Part shown: positions 11,189 to 21,822 of the stretch, piece after piece | Layout: each line of letters begins with the position of its first letter | Position numbering within the stretch: position 1 is the first letter of the stretch | Origin: an uncultured delta proteobacterium | Lineage (GTDB): Bacteria; Myxococcota_A; UBA9160; UBA4427 | Direction of reading: 5' to 3' | Length of the DNA stretch: 64,000 bases | Assembly (NCBI GenBank): GCA_963822965.1 | Contig: CAWGJT010000005.1 | Span: 128,001-192,000, forward strand | The notes under the pieces: generated by a model | The model's database searches: none | What the model saw: only the letters and a program-made list of their open reading frames with translations | What the model was told of the DNA's origin: nothing | Position numbers and translations under genes: made by a program

Positions 11189-12322
11189 TCAGCGCGCGGG
11201 CAGACCCTCGGCTGCGATGCCGCGGCCGATGCGTTCCAGCTGGTGCTTCGCCGATCCCAGCTCGTGCTCGAGCTGGGTAGCCCAGGTGAAGTAGCGGTGT
11301 AGCGGGTAGTCGGTGTCGATGCCGATGCCGCCGTGGAGGTGTTGACAGGCATAGGCCGCGAACTGGCCGCCTTCGGCGGCCCAGAACTTCGCGACCGCGA
11401 CGGGGTCGCCGGCCTCCTTCCCCTCGGAGAGACGCCAGGCAGCCTCGTGGGCGCACAGGCGCATCGCCTCGACGGCGATGTAGGCGTCCGCCGCGCGTTG
11501 GTGCACGGCCTGGAAGCTGCCGATCGGACGGTCGAACTGGACGCGCTCGCGGCTGTAGGCGGCAGTCATCTCGAGGGCGCGCTCGGTCACGCCGAGCTGC
11601 ATCATGCAGCGCGCAGCCACGGCCCGTTCGACGATCCAGCGCAACGCCTCGGCGCCGCCCTGCGCCCCGACCAGCCGGTCCTCGGGCGCGACGCGCGCAT
11701 CGCGGAGGGTGAGCCGCCCATGGGGCTGGCCGTCGGAGGAACCCTGGGCCTCGAGCTCCACGCCCTCCCCGTCGGGCTCCACGTAGAACAGGCCCAGGCT
11801 CCCGTCGGGGAAGGTCGCGGGCACGAGGATCCAAGCAGCCTGGAGCGCGGCAGGAACGAGGATCTTCGTCCCCGTCAGCCGGAAACCCCTGCCGTCGGCG
11901 CGCACCGTCGTCGCGGGCTTCGCCGGGTCGTTCGAGGCGTCCTCGCTGAGCGCGGCCGTCACGATCCGCTCGCCGCGGGCGATGGCGGGCAGCCACTCCC
12001 GCTGCTGCGCAGCACTGCCGAACCGGGTGAGTGGCAGCGCGCCGAGCACGAGGGCGGGAAAGACCGGCACCGGGGCGACGGCGCGTCCCACCTCCTGGAG
12101 CAGGAGGCAGAGCGCGAGAAAGCCGAGCTCCGAGCCACCGTGGGCCTCGGGAATCGCGGTGCCCAGCAGGTTGCTCTGGGCGAGGGCCTTCCACAGCTCG
12201 GCGTCGAAGGGCGCGCCGGCGGCCTCGAGCTCCTTCTGGCGCTCGTTGGTGGCGTGATCCACGAGGATCTCGCGCGCCAGCTCTGCGACGGCTCGTTCGT
12301 CTTCCCGGAAGGAGAAGTCCAC
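11189..12322 (-). CDS. Acyl-CoA dehydrogenase (beta-subunit-like, FadE27/28 type)
   Basis: RVQFDRPIGSFQAV, HLHGGIGID..YPLHRY. Confidence 0.9.
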   Translation of the reverse strand: MDFSFREDERAVAELAREILVDHATNERQKELEAAGAPFDAELWKALAQSNLLGTAIPEAHGGSELGFLALCLLLQEVGRAVAPVPVFPALVLGALPLTRFGSAAQQREWLPAIARGERIVTAALSEDASNDPAKPATTVRADGRGFRLTGTKILVPAALQAAWILVPATFPDGSLGLFYVEPDGEGVELEAQGSSDGQPHGRLTLRDARVAPEDRLVGAQGGAEALRWIVERAVAARCMMQLGVTERALEMTAAYSRERVQFDRPIGSFQAVHQRAADAYIAVEAMRLCAHEAAWRLSEGKEAGDPVAVAKFWAAEGGQFAAYACQHLHGGIGIDTDYPLHRYFTWATQLEHELGSAKHQLERIGRGIAAEGLPAR

Positions 12323-12328
12323 GGATGA

Positions 12329-13504
12329 TCAATCCTTGTAGTGCGGCATGCCCATGCCCGCCATGGCGATGATGTCGCGTTGGATCTCGTTGGTGCCGCC
12401 GCCGAAGGTGAGGATCAGCCCGTTCCGGTAGGAGGACTCGATCTTCCCCCGCAGCAGCGCGCCGGGGCTCCCGGCGGCGATGAGGCCCTGTGCTCCGAGC
12501 ACCTCGAGCAGGGCCCGGTAGGCCTCGATCTGGAACTCGCTCCCGTAGACCTTGATCGCCGAGGAGTCGGCCATGTGGGGCTGGCCCCGATCGGCGGCCC
12601 ACGCCTGCTTCCAGCACATCAGGCGCAGCGCCTGAAGCTTGGCGTGGACGCGCGCCAGGTTGTGCTGCACCCAGCCGACGTCGATCACCCGCGCGCCGTC
12701 CACGCGCGTCGAGCGCGCCCACTCGGTCACCGCCTCGAGATCGCGCCGCATGCGACCGACGGTCATCAGGGAGATGCGCTCGTGATTGAGCTGGCCGGTG
12801 ATGAGCCGCCAGCCGTTGTTCTCTCCTCCGATCAGGTTCTCGGCGGGGACGCGGACGGCGTCGTAGAAGGTGGCGTTCGTGGAGACGCCGCCGACCGTCC
12901 GGATCGCCTGCCGGGAGAAGCCCTTCGCATCCGTCGGGACGAGCAGGATGGAGAGACCGCGGTGCTTCTCCGCGTTCGGGTCGGTGCGCGCGGCGAGCCA
13001 GACGTAGTCGGCGTACTGGGCCAGGCTCGTCCACATCTTCTGCCCGTTGATCACCCACTCGTCCCCGTCGCGGACCGCCGTGGTCTGGAGCGAGGCCAGG
13101 TCGGTGCCGGCGCCCGGCTCGGAGTAGCCGATGGCGAAGAAGATCTCGCCCGCCAGGATGCGCGGGCAGAAGGTGCTCCTCTGCTCCGGGCTGCCATACT
13201 CGCGCAGCGTGGGTCCCACGGTGCTGAGCGTGAGGAAGGGAAGGGGGAAGCCGACCGCCTGCACCTCGTCGGCGAAGATGAACTGCTCGACGGCCGAGCG
13301 CTCCTGGCCGCCGTACTCCTTGGGCCAGGAGAGGCCGAGCAGACCGTCACGGCCCATCTGGCGCATGGCCTCGCGGAACTCGGGTCCGCCGCCCTCGAGG
13401 CCCGAGGACAGCTCCTGCGTGAGCCGGTCGGTCATCATCTCGGCGAAGTAGGCACGGCACTCGTCGCGGAAGCGACGCTCGGATTCGGTGAGCTCGAGCT
13501 CCAT
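12329..13504 (-). CDS. Acyl-CoA dehydrogenase (FadE26/29 type)
   Basis: IGYSEPGAGTDLASL, INGQKMWTS, LNHER, LTFGGGTNEIQR. Confidence 0.92.
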   Translation of the reverse strand: MELELTESERRFRDECRAYFAEMMTDRLTQELSSGLEGGGPEFREAMRQMGRDGLLGLSWPKEYGGQERSAVEQFIFADEVQAVGFPLPFLTLSTVGPTLREYGSPEQRSTFCPRILAGEIFFAIGYSEPGAGTDLASLQTTAVRDGDEWVINGQKMWTSLAQYADYVWLAARTDPNAEKHRGLSILLVPTDAKGFSRQAIRTVGGVSTNATFYDAVRVPAENLIGGENNGWRLITGQLNHERISLMTVGRMRRDLEAVTEWARSTRVDGARVIDVGWVQHNLARVHAKLQALRLMCWKQAWAADRGQPHMADSSAIKVYGSEFQIEAYRALLEVLGAQGLIAAGSPGALLRGKIESSYRNGLILTFGGGTNEIQRDIIAMAGMGMPHYKD

Positions 13505-13969
13505 CTAGGTATTGGCCTTCCAGTCGGCGACCAGGGTCTCGATGGTGACGTCCAGCACGAGCTTCCCGTCCTCGTCCACGATCTCGTAGAGCGAGCCGTC
13601 GTTCGTGTGGCAGCCGAAGAAGACCAGCCCGCCTTCCTCTCCGCCGCGCTCGAGGTGGGGATGGGGGTCGCCGAGGGAGAGGGCGTAGTCGCCCGCGTGG
13701 CGTACGCGGTGCTCGCCGCGGGTGCCGTCCGGGAGGACGTCCCAGAGGTGCTGCTCCCCCTCCAGCACGAGCACGCTGGTGGTGGCCACGTGGCGGTGGA
13801 GCGGGCAGTGGCCGCCGTCGCCGGCCCAGCGCACCACCATGTCGAGGGTGCCCGCGCGGACGTCGTGGCCGAGGATGGTGTAGTCGTGACGGACCTTGTA
13901 GGAGAGTCCGGGCTCCCCAACGACCTCTCGCCAGGCGTGGCGAGAGGGATCGAAGGCACTCCGGGGCAT
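13505..13969 (-). CDS. Small cupin-fold protein
   Basis: HCPLHRH....VLVLEG and HPHLE resemble cupin metal motifs; abuts the ACAD gene. Confidence 0.65.
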   Translation of the reverse strand: MPRSAFDPSRHAWREVVGEPGLSYKVRHDYTILGHDVRAGTLDMVVRWAGDGGHCPLHRHVATTSVLVLEGEQHLWDVLPDGTRGEHRVRHAGDYALSLGDPHPHLERGGEEGGLVFFGCHTNDGSLYEIVDEDGKLVLDVTIETLVADWKANT

Positions 13970-14013
13970 GGCACTTCCTCCGTCGACGGCCGGCTGCGAG
14001 ACATCCCGCATCC

Positions 14014-15833
<1,820 letters not shown>

Positions 15834-15837
<4 letters not shown>

Positions 15838-16493
15838 CTTCTTCGCTCCGAGGGGGCGCGACGGAGCCCTTGGCGCACCAGTCGCAGGTATGCGTCGACG
15901 ACGGCTTCGTCCCCGGGGCCCTCGCCGCCTTCCAGCATGTTCTCGATGAAGTGGCGGGCGCCGAGCAGGAAGTGGGCCTGGGCCGACACCTCCTCGTCGT
16001 CCATGGGACGCAGACAGCCCGCCTCGATGCCCGCGCGGATGCGCCCGGCCATCCGCTCGACCCAGTCCGCGACTCCCTCGCGGTAGAGCTCCGGCTCGTG
16101 CAGCTTGATCTCGTCGGCCAGCCTCACGTGGGCCGGGTTGGCGCGGAGGTATTCGAGGTAGGCGAGCAGACCGGCGCGTTGGCGTTCGAAGAAGTCGGCG
16201 TGATCGTCGGCGTCGGCCGTGTGCAGACGCGTCATCAGATCGGCCATCAAGAGCTTCATCAGCTCGCGCAGCAGGTCGCGCCGCGAGCCGAAGTGGTAGT
16301 GGAGGTTCCCGACGGCCACGTCCGCCCGCGCGGCGATGCGCGCGACCGAGGTCTTGTGGAAGCCCGAGTGGCTGGCCTCGGCCAGCGCCGCCGCCAGGAT
16401 CCGCGCCCGCGTCTCGCGGGATTTGGCGTAGCGGGTCGGCTCTGCAGCCACGGAGGGCTGCGTCGACCGGCTCGAGGGGGCGCTCTCCGGCAT
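15834..16493 (-). CDS. TetR/AcrR family transcriptional regulator
   Basis: ETRARILAAA...GF..TSV..IA..A.VAVGNLHYHFGS HTH. Confidence 0.92.
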
Positions 16494-16495
16494 GG

Positions 16496-16518
16496 CTGAA
16501 TATTGAATCAATTTTCAG
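16496..16518. promoter_or_regulatory. AT-rich palindrome, candidate TetR operator in the divergent promoter
   Basis: CTGAATATTGA-A-TCAATTTTCAG: 11-bp arms with one mismatch, between the tetR and CoA-transferase starts. Confidence 0.7.
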
Positions 16519-16557
16519 TTTCTGGCAATCTGCACGGGGGGCCGGGAGGGATCGGAA

Positions 16558-18975
16558 TTGGAACTGGGAGACCTGGCCGGCGTTCGCGTCCTCGACTTCT
16601 CGGGCCAGATCGCCGGCCCCTACTGCTCGAAGCTCTTCGCGGACGCCGGTGCCTGCGTGGTGAAGGTGGAGCCGCCCGGCGGCGACCCGCTGCGCCGCGC
16701 GACGGCGCCGGGCGCCGCCCCGGACCGCGCCGATTCCGCCCTCTTCACGTTCCTCAACGCGGGGAAGCAGTCGGTCGTCGGCGGCGTCGGCGACCCCCAG
16801 GTCGCTCGGCTGCTCGCCGAGGCCGACCTCGTGATCGAGGCCTACGGGCTCGAGACCGACGCCGGTGTGCGTCTCGACGTCGCGGCGCTGCGCGAGGCCC
16901 GTCCCGCGCTCGTCTTCCTCTCGATCACGCCCTACGGCACCGAGGGCCCCTGGGCCGGGCGCGTCGCCAACGAGTTCACGCTCCAGGCCGAGTCGGGGTC
17001 GATCGGCGTGCGCGCGCGGATGGGCGAGCAGCCCTTCCAGGCGGGCGGACGCATCGGGGAGTGGGCGGCGGGCGTCTACGGCGCGGTCGCGGCCCTGCCG
17101 GCGTTGCTGCGGGCCCGCGCAACCGGGCGCGGCGAGCACGTCGACCTCTCGATCCTCGAGGTCTCGAACTTCGTCTTCACCAACTGCTCGGAGACGATGA
17201 ACCGGCTGATGAACGGAAGCCCCGACGATCCCGAGCACGCCTTCCTGGCACCGACGCTGGAGACGCCCTCGATCGAGCCGACCGCCGACGGCTACGTCGG
17301 CTTCTGCACCAACTCGCGGCAGCAGTTCTCGGACTTCCTGCTCCTGATCGAGCGCCCGGATCTCCAGGCCGACGAGCAGCTCGCGCAGTTCGCGGGGCGC
17401 CTGATGCGCTTCGAGGAGTGGACGGAGATCATGCGGCCCTGGCTCTCGAGCCACGAGACCGCCGAGATCGTCCGGCTCGCGTCCCTGCTGCGGATCCCCG
17501 TCGCGCCGATCTGCAACGGCGAGACCGTGCTCGCCCACGAGCAGCTGGCCGAGCGGCGGGTGTTCGTCCCCGACGCCGAGGGGCGATTCCTCCAGCCGCG
17601 CCGCCCCTATCGCATCGACGGCGTCGATCCGCCGGCGCCGCTCCGGGCGCCGCGCCTGGGCGAGCACGCGCGGGTCGGCTTTCCGCCGCGCGACACCGCG
17701 GGGCGGCGCGCCCCCGATGGGGACGTCGGCGCGCTCCCGCTCGCCGGTCTGCGGATCCTCGATCTCACCGCCTGGTGGGCGGGGCCGTCGGCGACCCATC
17801 TGCTGGCCAGCTTCGGCGCCGAGGTGATCCACGTCGAGTCGGCGACGCGTCCCGACGGGCTGCGCATGGTCGGAGGCATGATGCGCGCCCACTATGCGCA
17901 GTGGTGGGACGCGAGCCCCCACTTCCTGCACGCGAACAGCAACAAGCAGGGCCTGACGCTCGACCTCTCGAAGCCCGAAGGCTTCCTCCTCCTCGAGAAG
18001 CTCATCGCGCGATGCGACGCAGTGGTGGAGAACTTCACGCCGCGGGTGCTCGACAACTTCGGACTCACCTGGGAGCGAGTGCAGGAGCTGAATCCGCGGG
18101 CCATCCTGCTGCGGATGCCCGCCTTCGGGCTCACCGGCCCGTGGCGCGACCACCCGGGCTTCGCGCAGACGATGGAGCAGCTCTCGGGGCTGGCCTGGAT
18201 CACGGGCCACGTGGACGATCAGCCCCGCATCCCGCGCGGCCCGTGCGATCCGGTCGCGGGAATGCACGCGGCGTTCGCGCTGCTCGTGGCGCTCGAGCGG
18301 CGCGCGCGCTCGGGCCGGGGGCATCTGATCGAGAGCACGATGGTGGAGAGCGCCCTCAACGTCGCGGCCGAGCAGGTGGTCGAGTGGACCGCCCGCGGAA
18401 CCCTGCTCGGGCGCGAGGGCAACCGCTCGCCGCTGGCAGCGCCCCAGGGTCTCTATCCCTGTGCCGACGGGGAGCGGCCGACCGAGCGCTGGCTCGCGCT
18501 CTCGATCGCGAGCGACGCGCAGTGGCTGGCGTTGCGAAGGGTGATCGGAGAGCCGGCCTGGGCGATGGACCCCGCGCTGGAGACGCGCGAAGGTCGGCGC
18601 GCGGCCCACGACGCGATCGACCTGCACCTTTCCGAGTGGACGAAGACGCGCTCGCGCGCGCCCCTCGTCGAGGAGCTGCGTGCACTCGGCATTCCCGGGT
18701 CCGAGGTGGCCGACACCAGCCGGATCCTCCAGTCGAACCCGCAGCTCCGCGCGCGCCGCTACTTCGAGACGCCCGCGCACCCCGTGGTCGGTGCGATGCC
18801 GCTGCCCTCGTTCCCCTTCCGTTACGAGAGCGTCGACCACTGGCTCCGGGAGCCCGCGCCGACCCTTGGACAGCACAACCAGCGCGTGCTCTGCGGCCTC
18901 CTCGGCCTGTCTCCGGAAGCGCTCGCCGATCTCGAGAAAGCGGGCGTGATCGGAACGCGTCCCGAAGGGCTCTGA
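16558..18975 (+). CDS. Double-domain CaiB/BaiF family III CoA transferase (paralogue of 4800-7166)
   Basis: Same two-domain layout; IAGPYC..LFADAGA, WWAGP, NSNKQGLTLDL, RGPCDP; TTG start. Confidence 0.9.
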   Translation: MELGDLAGVRVLDFSGQIAGPYCSKLFADAGACVVKVEPPGGDPLRRATAPGAAPDRADSALFTFLNAGKQSVVGGVGDPQVARLLAEADLVIEAYGLETDAGVRLDVAALREARPALVFLSITPYGTEGPWAGRVANEFTLQAESGSIGVRARMGEQPFQAGGRIGEWAAGVYGAVAALPALLRARATGRGEHVDLSILEVSNFVFTNCSETMNRLMNGSPDDPEHAFLAPTLETPSIEPTADGYVGFCTNSRQQFSDFLLLIERPDLQADEQLAQFAGRLMRFEEWTEIMRPWLSSHETAEIVRLASLLRIPVAPICNGETVLAHEQLAERRVFVPDAEGRFLQPRRPYRIDGVDPPAPLRAPRLGEHARVGFPPRDTAGRRAPDGDVGALPLAGLRILDLTAWWAGPSATHLLASFGAEVIHVESATRPDGLRMVGGMMRAHYAQWWDASPHFLHANSNKQGLTLDLSKPEGFLLLEKLIARCDAVVENFTPRVLDNFGLTWERVQELNPRAILLRMPAFGLTGPWRDHPGFAQTMEQLSGLAWITGHVDDQPRIPRGPCDPVAGMHAAFALLVALERRARSGRGHLIESTMVESALNVAAEQVVEWTARGTLLGREGNRSPLAAPQGLYPCADGERPTERWLALSIASDAQWLALRRVIGEPAWAMDPALETREGRRAAHDAIDLHLSEWTKTRSRAPLVEELRALGIPGSEVADTSRILQSNPQLRARRYFETPAHPVVGAMPLPSFPFRYESVDHWLREPAPTLGQHNQRVLCGLLGLSPEALADLEKAGVIGTRPEGL

Positions 18976-18982
18976 GCCGGGC

Positions 18983-19408
18983 TCAGCGGGGCAGCGAGAT
19001 CAGCACGCTGCCCGTAGCGTGGTCGCCGAGCTCGTTGGCCGCGCGCACCGACACCTCGACGAGGCGCTCGTCGCCCTCTTCGCTCACGGAGAGCACCTCG
19101 CCGGTGAAGCGGAGCACCTTCTCGGGGATGGCCGGGGCGCCGAGACGCACCTTGATGTTCTTCACCACCGCCTCGGGACCGGCCCAGTCGGTGACGTAGC
19201 GGGACAGGTAGCCGTTGGTGGTGAGGATGTTCATGAACATGTGCGGGGAGCCCTTGGCACGGGCGTAGTCGGCGTCGTGGTGCACCGGCATGAAGTCGCG
19301 CGACGCGATGGCGCCGGCGACGATCACCGTGGAGGTGACGCGCAGATCGAAGACGGGCAGGGGGTCGCCGACCGAGATCTTCTCCGGAGACTTCTTCGCG
19401 GCGCTCAT
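18983..19408 (-). CDS. MaoC-like dehydratase (ChsH1-like)
   Basis: IVAGAIASRDFMPVHHD, FMNILTTNG, YVTDWAGP. Confidence 0.85.
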   Translation of the reverse strand: MSAAKKSPEKISVGDPLPVFDLRVTSTVIVAGAIASRDFMPVHHDADYARAKGSPHMFMNILTTNGYLSRYVTDWAGPEAVVKNIKVRLGAPAIPEKVLRFTGEVLSVSEEGDERLVEVSVRAANELGDHATGSVLISLPR

Positions 19409-19989
19409 CGGCTTCCCCCCGTCTTGCCGAGCTTCGAGAGATCGATGGTGCTCGGATCGAACTTGAGCACCCGGAAGAGCTGGCGTCCCACCACCTCGCC
19501 GTCGGGCGTCGTGTAGGTGGTGATCCAGGTGAGGAAGTAGCCCTTCCCCATGCCGGTGGTCTTCCGGTCGGAGATCGAGTCGACGGCGTTGCTCACGTGG
19601 AGCCGTTCGCCGGGGCGCACGTAGCGCACGAACTCGAGCTCGGAGTTGGTGGCCAGCGTCCCCACGTAGCCCGCCTCGTCGAGGGCGGCGATGGCATTGT
19701 CGTGCTGGAAGTCGGTCGGCGCGCCGCCGCGCTCGGCGATGCCCTCGATCTTCGGCCGCGGCATTCCCCAGGCCTGGAGCATGGCGGGCGGCGCGACGAT
19801 CCCGCCGTGGCGCGTCTTCGCGGCGAGCTCCTCATCGAGATAGACCGGGTTGCGGTCGTCGAGGGCATCCACCCAGTGGCGGATCATCGGCACGTTCACC
19901 GGGTCGGGAGCTTCCGAGGAGGGGCCCATCGGCTCTCCGACGTACTTCTCGAGTCTGGCGCGCAGCTCGTCCACATCCTGCTCGGCCAT
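19405..19989 (-). CDS. MaoC/FAS1-like dehydratase (ChsH2 N-terminal-like)
   Basis: DPVN.PMIRHW..ALDD.NPVY, APPAMLQAW.M, ATNSELEF.RY.RPGE. Confidence 0.85.
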   Translation of the reverse strand: MAEQDVDELRARLEKYVGEPMGPSSEAPDPVNVPMIRHWVDALDDRNPVYLDEELAAKTRHGGIVAPPAMLQAWGMPRPKIEGIAERGGAPTDFQHDNAIAALDEAGYVGTLATNSELEFVRYVRPGERLHVSNAVDSISDRKTTGMGKGYFLTWITTYTTPDGEVVGRQLFRVLKFDPSTIDLSKLGKTGGSR

Positions 19990-20141
19990 CGTCAGGTCTT
20001 CCTCACTCGTTCGGGCACCTTCGCACGTGAGGGTGCCGGGGCCGTCTCGGATAGCACACTCCCAGGCGTGCCCGGCGAGGGCTACCACGGGCCGTCCCGG
20101 CGTGCGGGAGGGGCCGGCGCCAGGGCGGATGTCCGAGCCGC

Positions 20142-21371
20142 TCAGCCGCTCTCGGGCGTGTAGCGCACCGGGATCGACTTGATGCCGTCGATGAAGTGGG
20201 AGCGCAGCATGCGGACGGGCCCGGCGAGCTCCATGTCGGGAAGCCGGCGCAGCAGCTCCTCGAACATCACCCGGATCTCCATGCGCGCCAGGTGCGAGCC
20301 GAGACAGAAGTGCTGCCCGTGGCCGAATGCCAGGTGCTCGTTCGGGTGGCGGGTCACGTCGAAGCGGTCGGGATCCGGAAAGGCGTCCTCGTCCCGGTTG
20401 GCGGACGGGTACCAGAGGGTCACCTTCTCCCCTTCCCGGATGCGCACGCCGCGGATCTCGGCGTCCCGCGTGGCCGTGCGCCGGAAGTACATGACCGGCG
20501 GCCGGTAGCGCAGCATCTCCTCCACGGCGCCGGCCAACCGCGAGGGATCGGCGAGCAGCCGCGCGCGCTCGGCGGGATGCTCGAGCAGCAGCAGCAGGCC
20601 GTGGGAGATGAGGTTGCGGGTGGTCTCGTTGCCGGCGATCGAGAGCAGCAGGAAGAACGAGCCGAACTCCAGCATGGCGAGGCGCTCGCCGTCGACCTCG
20701 CCCGTCATGAGCGCCGTCACCAGATCGCGCCCCGGGTCCGCGATCTTCTGCTGCCCCAGCTTGTACGCGTACTGCAACATCTCGAGCCCGGCCACCATGG
20801 CGTGGACGGGATCGTTCCCGTACTCGGGATCCTCGCTGCCCAGGGCGCGGTTGCTCCAGTCGAAGAGCTGGTGGCGGTCGTCCTGGGGAACGCCCAGCAG
20901 GTCGGCGATCACCTGCAGCGGGAGCTCCGCGGCCACGTCGGTCACGAAGTCGCACTCGCCCTTGGTGGCCACGGCGTCGACGATGGCGCGCACCCGGCTC
21001 CGGGTCGTCTGCTCGAGGCCCGCGACCGCGCCGGGCGTGAAGCCCCGGCTCACCAGCTTGCGGTAGCGCGGATGGTCCGGGGGATCCATCGTGATCATGC
21101 TGCGCAGGTTCTCGAGCTCGGCCCGGGGCCGGTCCTCGATCAGGTTGCCGAAGCGCGAGGCAAAGAGGCCCGGGCTCTTCGACACGAAGCGCACGTCGTC
21201 GTAGCGGGACACGATCCAGTAGCCCGGCCCGCCGTGGACGTCGCCCTCGTGCCAGCACACCGGCGCCTCCCGGCGCAGGCGACGGAAGAGCTCGTGGGGA
21301 AACCCGCGCTCGAAGGTGTCCGGGTCGGACACGTCGAGCAGGCCGGGAAGCGTCGGGCGTTCGGGAGTCAC
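20142..21371 (-). CDS. Cytochrome P450 (CYP125/142-like)
   Basis: AGNETT, EEMLR (ExxR), HLAFGHGQHFCLG heme Cys. Confidence 0.95.
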   Translation of the reverse strand: MTPERPTLPGLLDVSDPDTFERGFPHELFRRLRREAPVCWHEGDVHGGPGYWIVSRYDDVRFVSKSPGLFASRFGNLIEDRPRAELENLRSMITMDPPDHPRYRKLVSRGFTPGAVAGLEQTTRSRVRAIVDAVATKGECDFVTDVAAELPLQVIADLLGVPQDDRHQLFDWSNRALGSEDPEYGNDPVHAMVAGLEMLQYAYKLGQQKIADPGRDLVTALMTGEVDGERLAMLEFGSFFLLLSIAGNETTRNLISHGLLLLLEHPAERARLLADPSRLAGAVEEMLRYRPPVMYFRRTATRDAEIRGVRIREGEKVTLWYPSANRDEDAFPDPDRFDVTRHPNEHLAFGHGQHFCLGSHLARMEIRVMFEELLRRLPDMELAGPVRMLRSHFIDGIKSIPVRYTPESG

Positions 21372-21520
21372 TCTGCACCTCCGGGCCGGGGAAGCTAGCA
21401 GGACCGAACGGAAGCGGGTCGGCTCGTGCCGCGCCCACCGACGTGCTTCCCTGCCCGACTCCCTTCGGGGCAGAGCGCCCGCAGCTCCGATTCGGAGCGA
21501 CGTCGTTGTACATTGAGCGG

Positions 21521-21736
21521 GTGATCGAGCTGGTGCCGCTCGCGCTCGTGTGTGTCTACTTCGTGCCCTTCATGGTCGCGGGCGCGCGAGATCACGACGC
21601 GTTCATCCCCATCCTCGTCGTCAACGCGCTGCTGGGCTGGACGGTCGTCGGCTGGCTCGCGTGCATGGTGTGGGCCGGGCTGAGCCCCGCGCGTCGCCGC
21701 ACCCCTCGCCCCACTCACCTTCGCCTCGTCCGCTAG
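21521..21736 (+). CDS. Superinfection-immunity-like small membrane protein (T4 Imm-like family)
   Basis: YFVPFMVA..RDH....I.VVN.LLGWT.VGW.....W pattern; start codon uncertain (GTG). Confidence 0.75.
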   Translation: MIELVPLALVCVYFVPFMVAGARDHDAFIPILVVNALLGWTVVGWLACMVWAGLSPARRRTPRPTHLRLVR

Positions 21737-21822
21737 CCCCCCGCAGCGCCTCGTCCGCTGGCTCCGCGCAGGAAGAGCCGTCCGCGCACCGGAGGCGGTC
21801 CGCGGGCGCGTCAGCGCAGAAG

